Shown here: in pieces, positions 38,444 to 48,207 of the stretch
Numbering within the stretch: the stretch's first letter is position 1
Layout of the letters: the number at the start of each line of letters is the position of its first letter
Virus record (IMG/VR): IMGVR_UViG_3300036796_000098
Coordinates: 1 to 52,136 of that record
Reading direction: 5' to 3' (one strand)
DNA length: 52,136 bases
DNA from: a virus
Lineage: Duplodnaviria > Caudoviricetes
Translations under genes and position numbers: made by a program
Notes under the pieces: model-generated
Seen by the model: only the letters and a program-made list of their open reading frames with translations
Databases searched by the model: none
What the model was told of the DNA's origin: nothing

Positions 38444-38803
38444 ATGCTCACCAAAAGCTTCAATTTGAACGTCGAAAAGTGGGACATCTCACTGGACGAC
38501 ACCGGAAGCATTGCTATCACCTCTAATCCCTACGCAGTGGCTCAGGATGTAGCCTGCGCGTGCTCAACCTTCATGGGCGAGGCATGGTACGACACCACTC
38601 TCGGAATCCCGTATTACGAGCGCATCCTCGGTCACTGGCCAGGCACTCAGTTAATCAATACGAAGATGGCTACTGAAGCCAAAAAGCTCCCATACGTCCA
38701 GTCAGCGTTCTGCACAACCACCGTAGGCAAAGTTGACCGCCTCGCATCTGGCGTCATGACCATAACCGACACGAACAACATCCAGACCACAATCCAATTC
38801 TGA
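38444..38803 (+). CDS. Baseplate wedge/sheath-initiator protein
   Basis: GEAWYDTTLGIPY. Confidence 0.78.
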   Translation: MLTKSFNLNVEKWDISLDDTGSIAITSNPYAVAQDVACACSTFMGEAWYDTTLGIPYYERILGHWPGTQLINTKMATEAKKLPYVQSAFCTTTVGKVDRLASGVMTITDTNNIQTTIQF

Positions 38804-38811
38804 GGTAACAA

Positions 38812-40044
38812 ATGGCTGAAGTAACAGTTAGCACAGCCGTCCCCTCCGTCACGTTTTCCGATACCGGCATTGCCGTTCCTGATGAGATAGACATTCTCAA
38901 TGGGCGTTTAACTGACCTTGATACCGCCATGGGCGGCGGGATGAGTAAGAGTCTGACGACTCCGCAGGGACAGATTGCCATGAGCGATACGGCAATCATC
39001 GGAGACAAGAACGACAATCTGGCATGGCTGGTTAACCAGATTAACCCTGACTTTGCCGAAGGGCGAATGCAGGATGCGATCGGACAGATTTACTTCATTG
39101 ACCGGATTGCGGCGATCGGGACAACGGTAACGGCCACGGCTACCGGTCTGGTGGGAACGGTAATTCCGGCTAACAGCATCGCGCAGGACTCAAGCGGCTA
39201 TCTCTATTATTCGCTTGCTGATGCGGTTATCCCGGCGTCGGGCGCAGTTGATATCGTTTTCCAGAATCAGGCGGCAGGTCCGATCGCATGTCCTATTGGC
39301 GCACTTAACACCATCTATCGCGCCATATCTGGCTGGTCTGGCATCACCAATGCTACCGCCGGTGTGCTCGGTAACGAGGTGGAGAGCCGGGCAAACTTTG
39401 AGTATCGCCGCAAGCAGTCGGTCGCCGGTAACTCCAACAATCAACTTGGCGCAGTGTATGCAAACGTGCTCGCTGTTCACGGGGTGACCGATGCATACGT
39501 GACGCAGAACAACACCGGACTGACAGTGGAGAAGGGATTTACAGACTTTGAGCTTGAGCCTCACTCCCTGTACGTGAGCGTGTACGGAGGAGCATCGGCA
39601 GACATCGCAAAGGCGATCTGGCAGAAGCTCCCACCGGGCCCTTCAATGGTTGGCAACACGAGCTATACCGTCGTCGATGACGTTGATTACGTTCAACCCT
39701 ACCCGGAATACGAAATCAAGTGGCAAACGCCTTCAGCGGTCAGCGTTTATTTCAAAGTTGAACTTGCCAATAACAACGCACTTCCTGGCGATATCGTAAC
39801 CAGAGTTCGAACCGCCGTTCTCAGCGCATTCAATGGCGAGGACGGCGGAACTCGGGCAAGGATTGGCTCGACTATTTACGCTGGTCGTTACTATGCCGGT
39901 GTTCAGGCTATCGACAGCGATAACGTGGATATTTTCAGCATCACGATCAGCAGAGACGGAACTACATATCAAACCTCTGCATCATTTGGCATCGATGAGG
40001 TGCCTACGCTCGATGCAACCAACATCTCGGTAACACTGGCATGA
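38812..40044 (+). CDS. Baseplate J-like protein
   Basis: TPQGQ, NPDFAEGRMQDAIG, ESRANFEYRR. Confidence 0.87.
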   Translation: MAEVTVSTAVPSVTFSDTGIAVPDEIDILNGRLTDLDTAMGGGMSKSLTTPQGQIAMSDTAIIGDKNDNLAWLVNQINPDFAEGRMQDAIGQIYFIDRIAAIGTTVTATATGLVGTVIPANSIAQDSSGYLYYSLADAVIPASGAVDIVFQNQAAGPIACPIGALNTIYRAISGWSGITNATAGVLGNEVESRANFEYRRKQSVAGNSNNQLGAVYANVLAVHGVTDAYVTQNNTGLTVEKGFTDFELEPHSLYVSVYGGASADIAKAIWQKLPPGPSMVGNTSYTVVDDVDYVQPYPEYEIKWQTPSAVSVYFKVELANNNALPGDIVTRVRTAVLSAFNGEDGGTRARIGSTIYAGRYYAGVQAIDSDNVDIFSITISRDGTTYQTSASFGIDEVPTLDATNISVTLA

Positions 40045-40628
40045 TAAACGTCGCGGATACCATCCTGACGCAATATGCCGACAGCCCGAAACTTAAATCC
40101 CTTATTTATTCGTTTAATCAGTCCGTAGGTATTGAAGGCTTTCTTGATGATTTCTATGACGTGATCTGGAACATAGAGACGGCAGATACTTACGGCCTCG
40201 ACGTATGGGGGAAAATCGTGGTTGTCAGCAGACAGCTGACGGTGACAGAGAACAAGATTTACTTCGGCTTTAATGAGGCATCGTCCGACCCGGTTTTGGT
40301 CGACGACCCGCAGCCATTTAATCAGGCACCCTTCTATTCAGGCGATCTTTTAACTTCAACAGTAACGCTGTCAAATGATGTTTACCGAAAGCTAATCATG
40401 ATGAAGGCAGCGGCGAACATTTCAGACTGTACTATCCCCAATCTCAACAAGCTACTGACATTTATGTTTGGCAACAGCGGGCGGTGCTATGTGAGGAATG
40501 ATGGCGAGATGGTGATGAGCTACGTATTTGAGTTCCAGCTTTCGACGTCAGAACTGGCGATCGTGCAAAGCTCAGGAGCGCTTCCTGCCCCGATCGGGGT
40601 GACAGTAAATATCGTTCAGCAGGTATAA
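40041..40628 (+). CDS. Baseplate wedge protein (DUF2612-like)
   Basis: QYADSPKL, GLDVWGKIV, LPAPIGV. Confidence 0.82.
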   Translation: MINVADTILTQYADSPKLKSLIYSFNQSVGIEGFLDDFYDVIWNIETADTYGLDVWGKIVVVSRQLTVTENKIYFGFNEASSDPVLVDDPQPFNQAPFYSGDLLTSTVTLSNDVYRKLIMMKAAANISDCTIPNLNKLLTFMFGNSGRCYVRNDGEMVMSYVFEFQLSTSELAIVQSSGALPAPIGVTVNIVQQV

Positions 40629-40629
40629 C

Positions 40630-41802
40630 ATGAACTCTTCTGATACCCCATCAAGAATCGTAAAAGCATTCGGCGTTAATGGGCTAAAAAATCCCATACC
40701 TGTTGATTCCAGCACAACGACTGATAACAACGGCGTAGCGACTTTTGATAAAGGCTTTCCCCCGATTACCATGCAGCCATTGAGCGCAGGTGGCATACCA
40801 CCATCCGGTAAAGATATGAACGGCGTCCTGTACTCGACCACACTTCAGCAGCAATGGCAGAATGCCGGGATGACATACCCATTCAGTCAGGATTTCTCTG
40901 ACGTTGTAAGCGGATATCCGAAGGGTGCAATTGTTCCAAGCTCTGTCTATACAGGGCAATGGCTCAACCTAAATGAGGCAAACGGCACCCCTCCGGAGTC
41001 ACCAACCGGAGCAAATACGGGATGGGTGCCAATTAATAACTATGGTGTAACCCAGATCACGATGACATCCGGCAGCGTCGTAATGTCATCACTTCAGGCG
41101 GCAAAAGACAGAATTATTATCAGCGGCACGCTTACAGCGAACGTAAATCTGATTTTCCCAGCCTGGATTAAGTCATGGGTAGTTCATAACAATTGCACCG
41201 GTAATTTCACTATCACCTGCAAAACGGCTGCGGGGTCAGGGATTGTCGTCATACCGGGTCTTGTTTCTCGCCTGTTCTGCGATGGCGTGAATATCAGCGA
41301 TGAAACATTTAACGCCAATAACGACATGACTGGAGCGGTACTTAGTTTCGCAATGAACAGCGCTCCGGAAGGGTGGCTTATCGCAGATGGAAGGGCGGTA
41401 AGCAGAGTAACTTACGCTCGTCTGTTTTCCAGAGTCGGCACGTTATATGGCATAGGGAATGGGTCAAGTACATTCAATCTTCCTGACATGCGAGCTGCAT
41501 TTGTACGTGGCGCAGATAATGGGAAGGGATCGGATGCTGGTCGAGTATTCGGTAGTTATCAGGATGACTCCCTACAAAATATCACCGGCACCTTTGGACG
41601 AAATCAGCTTTTCGATACCTCTTCATACTCAGGCGCATTCACTACGGCCTCAACAAACATACTCACGAAAGGCCTGACGCTCTCCACAGATGGCGGAGGA
41701 TACGGATCTATTATCTTTGGATTTGACGCTTCTCGCGTAGCAAGAACATCAACTGAGACGCGCCCGAAAAACTTCGCACTCCTTTACTGCATAAAATTCT
41801 GA
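40630..41802 (+). CDS. Tail fibre with collar domain
   Basis: GFPPITM...GGIPP N-terminus; APEGWLIADG...FNLPDMR...ETRPKN collar motifs. Confidence 0.87.
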   Translation: MNSSDTPSRIVKAFGVNGLKNPIPVDSSTTTDNNGVATFDKGFPPITMQPLSAGGIPPSGKDMNGVLYSTTLQQQWQNAGMTYPFSQDFSDVVSGYPKGAIVPSSVYTGQWLNLNEANGTPPESPTGANTGWVPINNYGVTQITMTSGSVVMSSLQAAKDRIIISGTLTANVNLIFPAWIKSWVVHNNCTGNFTITCKTAAGSGIVVIPGLVSRLFCDGVNISDETFNANNDMTGAVLSFAMNSAPEGWLIADGRAVSRVTYARLFSRVGTLYGIGNGSSTFNLPDMRAAFVRGADNGKGSDAGRVFGSYQDDSLQNITGTFGRNQLFDTSSYSGAFTTASTNILTKGLTLSTDGGGYGSIIFGFDASRVARTSTETRPKNFALLYCIKF

Positions 41803-41810
41803 GGTAATAA

Positions 41811-44447
41811 ATGTCATTTTCAGATACGGCAAATGCGAGAAAATATGCCTCTATCGCAGAGGTAGCTGCTGCCCAGGCAAAACTGAGCGCGGATAAGCTT
41901 GAAAATGCACCAGATTATGCAGAGCAGGCCGCCGCGTCAGCCAGTGCAGCCGCTGCATCTGCCCAGGTGGCGGTATCGGCTGAAGGGGTTGTGAATAACC
42001 TGGCTATTTCAGCAAGTGAATCGGCAACTAGCGCAGCAGCCTCGGCTGCTGAAGCTGGCAATGCGGCCGCAGCAGAGATTGGAAGAACAGTTAGAGCGCC
42101 AGACGGGGAATTGCTGAGTAATCTTCCTGGGGCATCAGAACGTCAAAACAGCGTCATGGTATTCGGGAATGACGGTGATTCAGATGTAAAACCAATCACT
42201 GAATTTGCCACGTTGGATAGCAATGGGAAAATACCGGTTTCGGTAATCCCATCCATCGCACTAAACGAGCCTTTCGTCGTGAATAGCGAGGCTGAAATGT
42301 TAGCGCTGGACGCCCAGGTTGGTGATATTGCCAAAAGGACAGATCTAGGGTACTCGTTCTGCTTAGGTATCATGCCACCATCCACCCTGGCAAACTGGGT
42401 GCAACTGACTGATGACGTCCTCTCGCAGCTTGGACAATCATCAGGGGCAGGCATGGTTGGAGCACTGGATGACGGAGGAAGCCCCAGCACTGTCCAGGCT
42501 CTTTTAACCGAAAAAGCCAATAAATCTTCACTTTCATCCACAACAGGCGCAACGCTAATTGGTTACGGAAGCAAGACTGTAGACCAGGCACTTACTGACC
42601 TTAATGGGGTAAAAGACGACATTCTTGCAGATTTCGCCGCAAGCAATGGCATCACTTTGGTGGGCAGTTCTGTTTATGTGGCAAACAGTTTTGCCTCTGC
42701 AAAATCTTCAAACCCCGGCAACAGCACCTGCATTGTCACGAAGGGACATACCAACACTGGCATTGGCTCGGCAAAGTATATTAAAGACGGAACCACCGGC
42801 ACCGCTTCAACTGGTGACGAAATCAAATTCTTTGATGCATCAGGTAATGGATGGTCAATGGATCTTTCTGATGCAGTAGGTATTCCAATTACACGCTTTG
42901 GCCTGATTCCAGGCGTAGACACTCCGACGCAAGCCACTGCAAACGCCGTAGCAATGAAGAGAGGTGGGGAGAGGACTTTTGATGTTGGGCTTCGGGTGAT
43001 TCTTCCTCCCACGAAATCATATATTGATGATGTGACGTTCAGCAAGCCGGTTGGGATCATGGCATTCACTGCTGGCCTGGGGGCAAACCAAACAGGAGTT
43101 GGTGGTGGGTATGACGGGATATCAGAGTGGGTCCATCGCGGGACTGGCTGGGGTATCTACTATGAGCCGTGGTTAAGAACAAACGGCAGCTTTAACCCTG
43201 ACGGAATATTCCTGAAAGGATTTGGCTTTAGGGGAAATGCTTCAGGGGGTTGCCTTGGAGGTATAAAGATCAATGATGACTCAGTAATTGGCGATGAAAG
43301 CAGAGCCAAGCGAGATGTTGTTATTGAAGATGTAACGATCACCGGGTGCTGGAAAGGTTATGGGCTGAGGTTAATTTGGTGCTTCATCAACAACTTCTCC
43401 AACCTGAAGATATGGGATTGTGCTGTTGCTTACCTCGCGGTTAGGGCGAATCAAACAAACCACTTCGGCTTCGAGACAGAAGGTTGTCTGCAGGGAGTGA
43501 CTGCGATAAACACTGCAGGGTTTAATTTCTATGGCCCTATGATTGAATACATTAATAACTCCCGGACATATTACACGATGCCTGCCGACTACCCGGTGGA
43601 TAGTGTTTGGTCATCTAGCTTGTCAAACTACGTGGGAATTGGCCTAAGAAACAGAGGAAGCAAGGTTTCTGTTTACGGTGGCTACTCTGAAGGGGTTCCA
43701 GTTGTTTTCCAGACTGAGATCGATAGTGAGTCTCTTGTCAGCGGGGTAAGATTCCAGGCGCTTAGTGATTCTACAAATCACATATGTCGTATTCATGGCG
43801 GGCGCTCGGTTGTGTTCACTGATAACTTAATTGAAGGGAGTGTTATTGGCACAACTCCGTTCTACCATACCCCGTCGATGCCGTATGCGGTTAGTCACAG
43901 GGTCATCACTAACACCTATAATGGGACTGCAAGACCTGTTGTAAACCCATTCCTAGGGTTCTTTGGTGAGTTTGATGTTTTCCGCACAAACAATTCTGAC
44001 GCAGGAATGATTAGGCAGACTCAAGGCATTTCCGCAACGCGTAGTAATTTAGGAGGGATAGCTGACACTGCAGGATATCCAGTTCAAACTGGTGGGGATG
44101 TTCTATCATCAAGGCAAGTAAATATATCAGCGACGGGATCGGCGTTTACATGCACGATAGGCACCACTGTTCTCAATGCCGGTCTGGTTAACATAAATGT
44201 TCCTGCTGGATGCTCGCTCACGGTAGCGCTGGCTGATTCTACTAAATGGGATAACGGAAGCGTACTAACCGTATGCATTGTCTCCTCTGGTACATCTGGT
44301 AGTCCTATTGCTGTTGCATTCAGTTCATCCTTCAAATTGGCTACCGGAAATGATGATATATCAGCCGCCACTGGTAAAAGAGCCTTGTTTGAATTCAAGA
44401 TGATAGGTGGGGTCTTCTTCCAGCAAGGCGTTGCAAAATCAGTGTAG
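41811..44447 (+). CDS. Tailspike / putative beta-helix depolymerase
   Basis: Ala-rich anchor, particle-binding region, long Gly/Asn/aromatic-rich beta-repeat body; 878 aa. Confidence 0.75.
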   Translation: MSFSDTANARKYASIAEVAAAQAKLSADKLENAPDYAEQAAASASAAAASAQVAVSAEGVVNNLAISASESATSAAASAAEAGNAAAAEIGRTVRAPDGELLSNLPGASERQNSVMVFGNDGDSDVKPITEFATLDSNGKIPVSVIPSIALNEPFVVNSEAEMLALDAQVGDIAKRTDLGYSFCLGIMPPSTLANWVQLTDDVLSQLGQSSGAGMVGALDDGGSPSTVQALLTEKANKSSLSSTTGATLIGYGSKTVDQALTDLNGVKDDILADFAASNGITLVGSSVYVANSFASAKSSNPGNSTCIVTKGHTNTGIGSAKYIKDGTTGTASTGDEIKFFDASGNGWSMDLSDAVGIPITRFGLIPGVDTPTQATANAVAMKRGGERTFDVGLRVILPPTKSYIDDVTFSKPVGIMAFTAGLGANQTGVGGGYDGISEWVHRGTGWGIYYEPWLRTNGSFNPDGIFLKGFGFRGNASGGCLGGIKINDDSVIGDESRAKRDVVIEDVTITGCWKGYGLRLIWCFINNFSNLKIWDCAVAYLAVRANQTNHFGFETEGCLQGVTAINTAGFNFYGPMIEYINNSRTYYTMPADYPVDSVWSSSLSNYVGIGLRNRGSKVSVYGGYSEGVPVVFQTEIDSESLVSGVRFQALSDSTNHICRIHGGRSVVFTDNLIEGSVIGTTPFYHTPSMPYAVSHRVITNTYNGTARPVVNPFLGFFGEFDVFRTNNSDAGMIRQTQGISATRSNLGGIADTAGYPVQTGGDVLSSRQVNISATGSAFTCTIGTTVLNAGLVNINVPAGCSLTVALADSTKWDNGSVLTVCIVSSGTSGSPIAVAFSSSFKLATGNDDISAATGKRALFEFKMIGGVFFQQGVAKSV

Positions 44448-44452
44448 CAAGG

Positions 44453-44503
44453 TTGACCTGGCTAGCGTGGTGACGATAATGATGGCTTTACGTCACCACG
44501 CTA
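44453..44503 (+). promoter_or_regulatory. Moron promoter embedded in a 13-bp inverted repeat
   Basis: TTGACC(44453)-16-GATAAT(44475); TAGCGTGGTGACG 44463-44475 / CGTCACCACGCTA 44491-44503. Confidence 0.6.
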
Positions 44504-44509
44504 AGAGCT

Positions 44510-46471
44510 ATGAACCAAAAAATAAACTACAGACCTGAACTAGATGGATTGAGAACCATAGCTGTGATGGCCGTGCTTTTTTATCACGCAAAAATATCAC
44601 TAATGGGAAGGGAGTTACTGCCTGGTGGATTCCTTGGTGTGGATATATTTTTCGTCCTTTCAGGATTTCTTATCTCTTCAATAATTATTAAATCATCGAA
44701 TTCTGGTGGTTTTTCCTATGTTGATTTCTACATAAAGAGGGCCAAGAGAATTTTCCCCGCGCTTCTCGCGGTGCTTATCGCCACATCATTTGTAGCGTAT
44801 AGAATGCTTCTTCCGGATAGCTTTGTTGCATTCTCAAAATCTCTGGCTGCTGCCGCATTTTTTGTGTCTAATATTTTCTTTTATGGGGAGGACTCATACG
44901 TTTCAGAAGCAAGCGATATGAAGCCTCTACTTCACACGTGGAGTCTTTCTGTAGAATGGCAGTTTTATTTATTGTTCCCTGTGATTATGCTTATGATTTT
45001 AAGGTGTGCAAAAAATAAAAGCATATACGCAGTGTCCATCCTATGGGTCGCCTCCTTTGCTCTCTCTGTGTATCAAGCTAAGTTTAGCGAAAATGCGGCG
45101 TTCTACCTCCTTCCTTCAAGGGTGTGGGAGTTATTGTCTGGGTGCTTAGTTGCATTAATCGGAAGAAAAAATAATAGATTTGCAGCATGGATTGGCGGGG
45201 CTATGGTGGTGTGTTCATTGCTGTTTATGAATGACAAGATGCAGCATCCTTCATTCCCGGCATTACTCCCAGTTCTTGGTTCAAGTCTTATCATGCTGTA
45301 TTCAAGTTCAACCATTGGGATTGGAAGGTTTCTGTCAATTAAGCCCATTGTATTCATAGGGGCGATCTCATACTCATTATATCTTTGGCATCAGCCAATA
45401 TTTGTCTTCTATAGAATAGGGTATGGAGGAATAGACAATCTCGTTGGTATTGCACTTATAGTGGCATCCATTGCAATGGCGGTTGTATCATATTATGTAA
45501 TTGAAAAACCGTTTAGAACACAAAGATACAACTCGTTTAAGAAGCTTGGATTTACAGGATCATTTCTTTTCTTGTTGCCATTCTCATATTACGTGAATGC
45601 AACAAATGGAGATGTGGGTAGGCTCTCCCCTCAGGCGCAAGATATATATAAGAACTATGCAGATCCTGAGTTTCGTAGACTGACTGGGCAGCCTGGTGCA
45701 AACCTAAGGAGTGGTGCGATAAGCGCATCTTGCTATCTTAGAGATCCGTATCAAGCGTGTGCGTCTGGCGATGCCTCGTGGATTACTATCGGAGATAGTT
45801 ACGCTGGAACCTTAGATTATTATTTAAGCGAAAAACTTAATGAAAATGGTCATGGATTGCTGTCTTTAACTTACGAGCAGTGCCCATTCGTTAACGATAT
45901 CTGGTTCGGAAATGTTCCTGAGTGCGTTGAAGTAAACAAACGCAGATGGGACATTATAAATAACTTAAAAGGCAAGAAGACAATTGTTCTTGCTGCTAAC
46001 TACTTCTTCTTTGTAAATGGTAAAAAGGCGACTCCAGATCCAATCGGTGACGGAAGAAAGAATGTCACTTACGGGGAGAAGGTTGATGAAGATATCGTCT
46101 GGAAGTCATTTGCTGATAATGTTAAGAGACTTGTTGGTATGGGGCATCACGTCATCGTTGTTTACCCGATACCTTCTGTTAGCGAGGATGTTAAGACTGA
46201 GTATTTCTCATTAATAACCAATCCAAACTCTAAGTTTGATGGTGTTATTTATGAAAAAAGTAAAACAGGGAAGATGGTGGCAGATGTGTTTAGTGCAAAA
46301 CTTGATTCTCTTCTCCCGAAATCAGATGGTCTGACAATTATTAAGCCGACAGATAAGATCTGCGATGATAGAGGATGCCAGATAATAAATAAAATGGGCG
46401 GCCTTTATCACGGAGGGAACCACCTATCAAATGCTGGCGTCAGACTTCTTTTCAGCAATACTCAATTTTAG
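44510..46471 (+). CDS. Acyltransferase-3 + SGNH protein (OafA/OafB-like surface polysaccharide O-acetylase)
   Basis: YRPELDGLR, GVDIFFVLSGF, HTWSLSVEWQFY, multiple TM segments, GDSY and NHLS; AT-rich. Confidence 0.92.
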   Translation: MNQKINYRPELDGLRTIAVMAVLFYHAKISLMGRELLPGGFLGVDIFFVLSGFLISSIIIKSSNSGGFSYVDFYIKRAKRIFPALLAVLIATSFVAYRMLLPDSFVAFSKSLAAAAFFVSNIFFYGEDSYVSEASDMKPLLHTWSLSVEWQFYLLFPVIMLMILRCAKNKSIYAVSILWVASFALSVYQAKFSENAAFYLLPSRVWELLSGCLVALIGRKNNRFAAWIGGAMVVCSLLFMNDKMQHPSFPALLPVLGSSLIMLYSSSTIGIGRFLSIKPIVFIGAISYSLYLWHQPIFVFYRIGYGGIDNLVGIALIVASIAMAVVSYYVIEKPFRTQRYNSFKKLGFTGSFLFLLPFSYYVNATNGDVGRLSPQAQDIYKNYADPEFRRLTGQPGANLRSGAISASCYLRDPYQACASGDASWITIGDSYAGTLDYYLSEKLNENGHGLLSLTYEQCPFVNDIWFGNVPECVEVNKRRWDIINNLKGKKTIVLAANYFFFVNGKKATPDPIGDGRKNVTYGEKVDEDIVWKSFADNVKRLVGMGHHVIVVYPIPSVSEDVKTEYFSLITNPNSKFDGVIYEKSKTGKMVADVFSAKLDSLLPKSDGLTIIKPTDKICDDRGCQIINKMGGLYHGGNHLSNAGVRLLFSNTQF

Positions 46472-46477
46472 GTTAGA

Positions 46478-46493
46478 GCCCGCCACGGCGGGC
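46478..46493. terminator. Hairpin between convergent genes
   Basis: GCCCGC-CACG-GCGGGC. Confidence 0.55.
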
Positions 46494-46955
46494 CTAAGGT
46501 AAAATCTTTGGTTTTACAATGCACCCACATCCAACTAACTGCCCTGCATGTATTCTTTTGAAGAATCCAATCCTGATACCTTTCTTTAATGAAATAGACT
46601 TACCATTCAGCTGTGAGTGGCTAGGGTGCTTACACAAATAATTCTCATAAACCCATATGCCATGAGTTATGCCCAAACCCAACTGCCTTGCCCTCTCAAA
46701 CTTCTGCCTAACAAGACCCCAAAGGACCCTAGATAAGGCTCCAGACATGGGCATGCTCAGCCCGGTAATTTCTGCGATTTTGGCTCGAGCTGAGTGTAGA
46801 TCTGCTCCGAATTTAACCACCTCGCTGTAAACCCCTTTCTCTTCTTTCACATCCAGCGCGCACTTTCTTATTATTAATAAATCTGTGTCAACGGTTTTTC
46901 CTGAAAGCATTTGGCGGATTATTAAGTCTTCTTCCTTGCTGAGGCTAGACATCAT
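46494..46955 (-). CDS. Divergent, shortened MuF-like protein
   Basis: Aligns by eye with the C-terminal ~110 aa of the 25733-26545 product (ARQ..LGIT.GIW, PSH, GK, KG, CxC...P). Confidence 0.75.
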   Translation of the reverse strand: MMSSLSKEEDLIIRQMLSGKTVDTDLLIIRKCALDVKEEKGVYSEVVKFGADLHSARAKIAEITGLSMPMSGALSRVLWGLVRQKFERARQLGLGITHGIWVYENYLCKHPSHSQLNGKSISLKKGIRIGFFKRIHAGQLVGCGCIVKPKILP

Positions 46956-47218
46956 TTACCCTTATTCTTAGGAACCAAATCGTAGCTTCTGGAAATCTCT
47001 TCTGCGAAAGCCTTTGTCGCTATGCGAATCACGCGGTCAACGCTCTGTTCTGATAGGATTTGCCCCTGCTCACCGGACAGCCAAGCCTCAAGAGCAGCAA
47101 TTATCTCCGAGTTCATTGATCTCCCATTGCTCTTAGCTCGATCAGCAATCGCATCTCGCATGCCATCCGGGAAACGAACCACAAACTTCTCGAAATCTTT
47201 AACCTGTTTTTCAGCCAT
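46952..47218 (-). CDS. Arc-family ribbon-helix-helix repressor (Mnt-like)
   Basis: [30 protein letters not shown]. Confidence 0.9.
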   Translation of the reverse strand: MAEKQVKDFEKFVVRFPDGMRDAIADRAKSNGRSMNSEIIAALEAWLSGEQGQILSEQSVDRVIRIATKAFAEEISRSYDLVPKNKGK

Positions 47219-47242
47219 AACACCACCTCAAAAAAAAGTGAT

Positions 47243-47302
47243 GATGGCATATTGCTATTTATATTCAATGATGGCATTCTGCTTTCAAGGCATAATGCCA
47301 TC
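47243..47302. promoter_or_regulatory. Divergent promoter region with three RHH operator-like palindromes
   Basis: GATGGCA-TAT-TGCTATT, GATGGCA-TTC-TGCTTTC, CAAGGCA-TAA-TGCCATC. Confidence 0.7.
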
Positions 47303-47318
47303 ATCAATGGGAGGGATT

Positions 47319-47477
47319 GTGGAAAAAAATGAAGCAAAGACAACTCTGCGTTACCCGCAGAAATTGAAAGAAGAGTTTAAGCGCATTGCAGAAGAGGAGG
47401 GGCTTTCAGAGAACGCAGCATTGGTTCAGGCGCTTGTATGGGCTTTGAAATTCCGAGGTCAGATGCATGTGCAATAA
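47319..47477 (+). CDS. Arc-like RHH repressor
   Basis: GTG start, GGAGG RBS; TTLRYPQKLKEEFKRIAEEEGLSENAALV. Confidence 0.82.
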   Translation: MEKNEAKTTLRYPQKLKEEFKRIAEEEGLSENAALVQALVWALKFRGQMHVQ

Positions 47478-47550
47478 AAACAGCGAAGCCCAGAAGTGCT
47501 CGAACACTCTGGGCCTCTTATCGAACAAATCCAAGCAAGGAAATATCGAC
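47476..47550 (-). ncRNA. sar-like antisense RNA 1 (ends approximate)
   Basis: Minus-strand GTGAAA-17-TATACT within the first codons of the antirepressor; hairpin 47488-47514; covers the RBS. Confidence 0.6.
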
Positions 47551-48120
47551 ATGAAAAGTATAGCGAAAGTAGAAAGTAATTTCACCTCATTCAAATTCGA
47601 TGATCGCGATGTGCGTGTAGTGACGAAGGACGGAGAGCCTTGGTTCTTGGCTGCCGACCTATGCGATGTTTTGCATTTAGATACCACATCAATTCGCAAA
47701 CTGGATGACGATGAAAAGGGTCTGCATTCAATACAGACCCTTGGTGGAGCACAGCAGATGGCGGTTGTTTCCGAGTCTGGCATGTGGACTTTAGTTCTTC
47801 GTTGTCGTGACGCAGTGAAGCCTGGAACGATCCCTTACCGTGTGCGTAAGTGGGTTACCGGCGAAGTTCTTCCTTCCATTCGTAAAAATGGCGAATACAA
47901 AGACAACAAATCAGCAAGTGTTTCTCTGAAAGAGAAAGAATGCCGCTACCGCGTCAGAGTCATCATCTATGACGATCTGATGGGCGGCGGCGCTGAGATG
48001 CTCGGTAAAGGAGAAACGATACGTGATATCGCATGGGGTATCGCAAGCGACCTTGGATATCGCCCTAATGCGTTTACTCACGTTCCGATGAATAAAGAAA
48101 AGATCAGGAGAATTCACTGA
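47551..48120 (+). CDS. BRO-N domain antirepressor-like protein
   Basis: VRVVTKDGEPWFLAADLCDVL, VSESG, KWVTGEVLPSIRKNG. Confidence 0.87.
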   Translation: MKSIAKVESNFTSFKFDDRDVRVVTKDGEPWFLAADLCDVLHLDTTSIRKLDDDEKGLHSIQTLGGAQQMAVVSESGMWTLVLRCRDAVKPGTIPYRVRKWVTGEVLPSIRKNGEYKDNKSASVSLKEKECRYRVRVIIYDDLMGGGAEMLGKGETIRDIAWGIASDLGYRPNAFTHVPMNKEKIRRIH

Positions 48121-48140
48121 CAGGCGCACAGGATGGCGCA

Positions 48141-48207
48141 AAAAGAAAAACCGCCAGGTAGGACTGGCGGCTTACATCAACTACCGACAAGGTATAAATT
48201 AATGCTT
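48141..48207 (-). ncRNA. sar-like antisense RNA 2 (ends approximate)
   Basis: Minus-strand GTGACA-17-TAAATT; terminator CCGCCAG/CTGGCGG 48151-48170 with a T-run. Confidence 0.58.

Noticed and set aside
40630-44447. Invertible tail-fibre cassette or diversity-generating retroelement
   Set aside because: No invertase, reverse transcriptase or template/variable repeat pair seen
44479-44486. ATGATGGC in the acetylase promoter matching the immI operator half-site
   Set aside because: Only an 8-bp half-site with no convincing second half; could be chance
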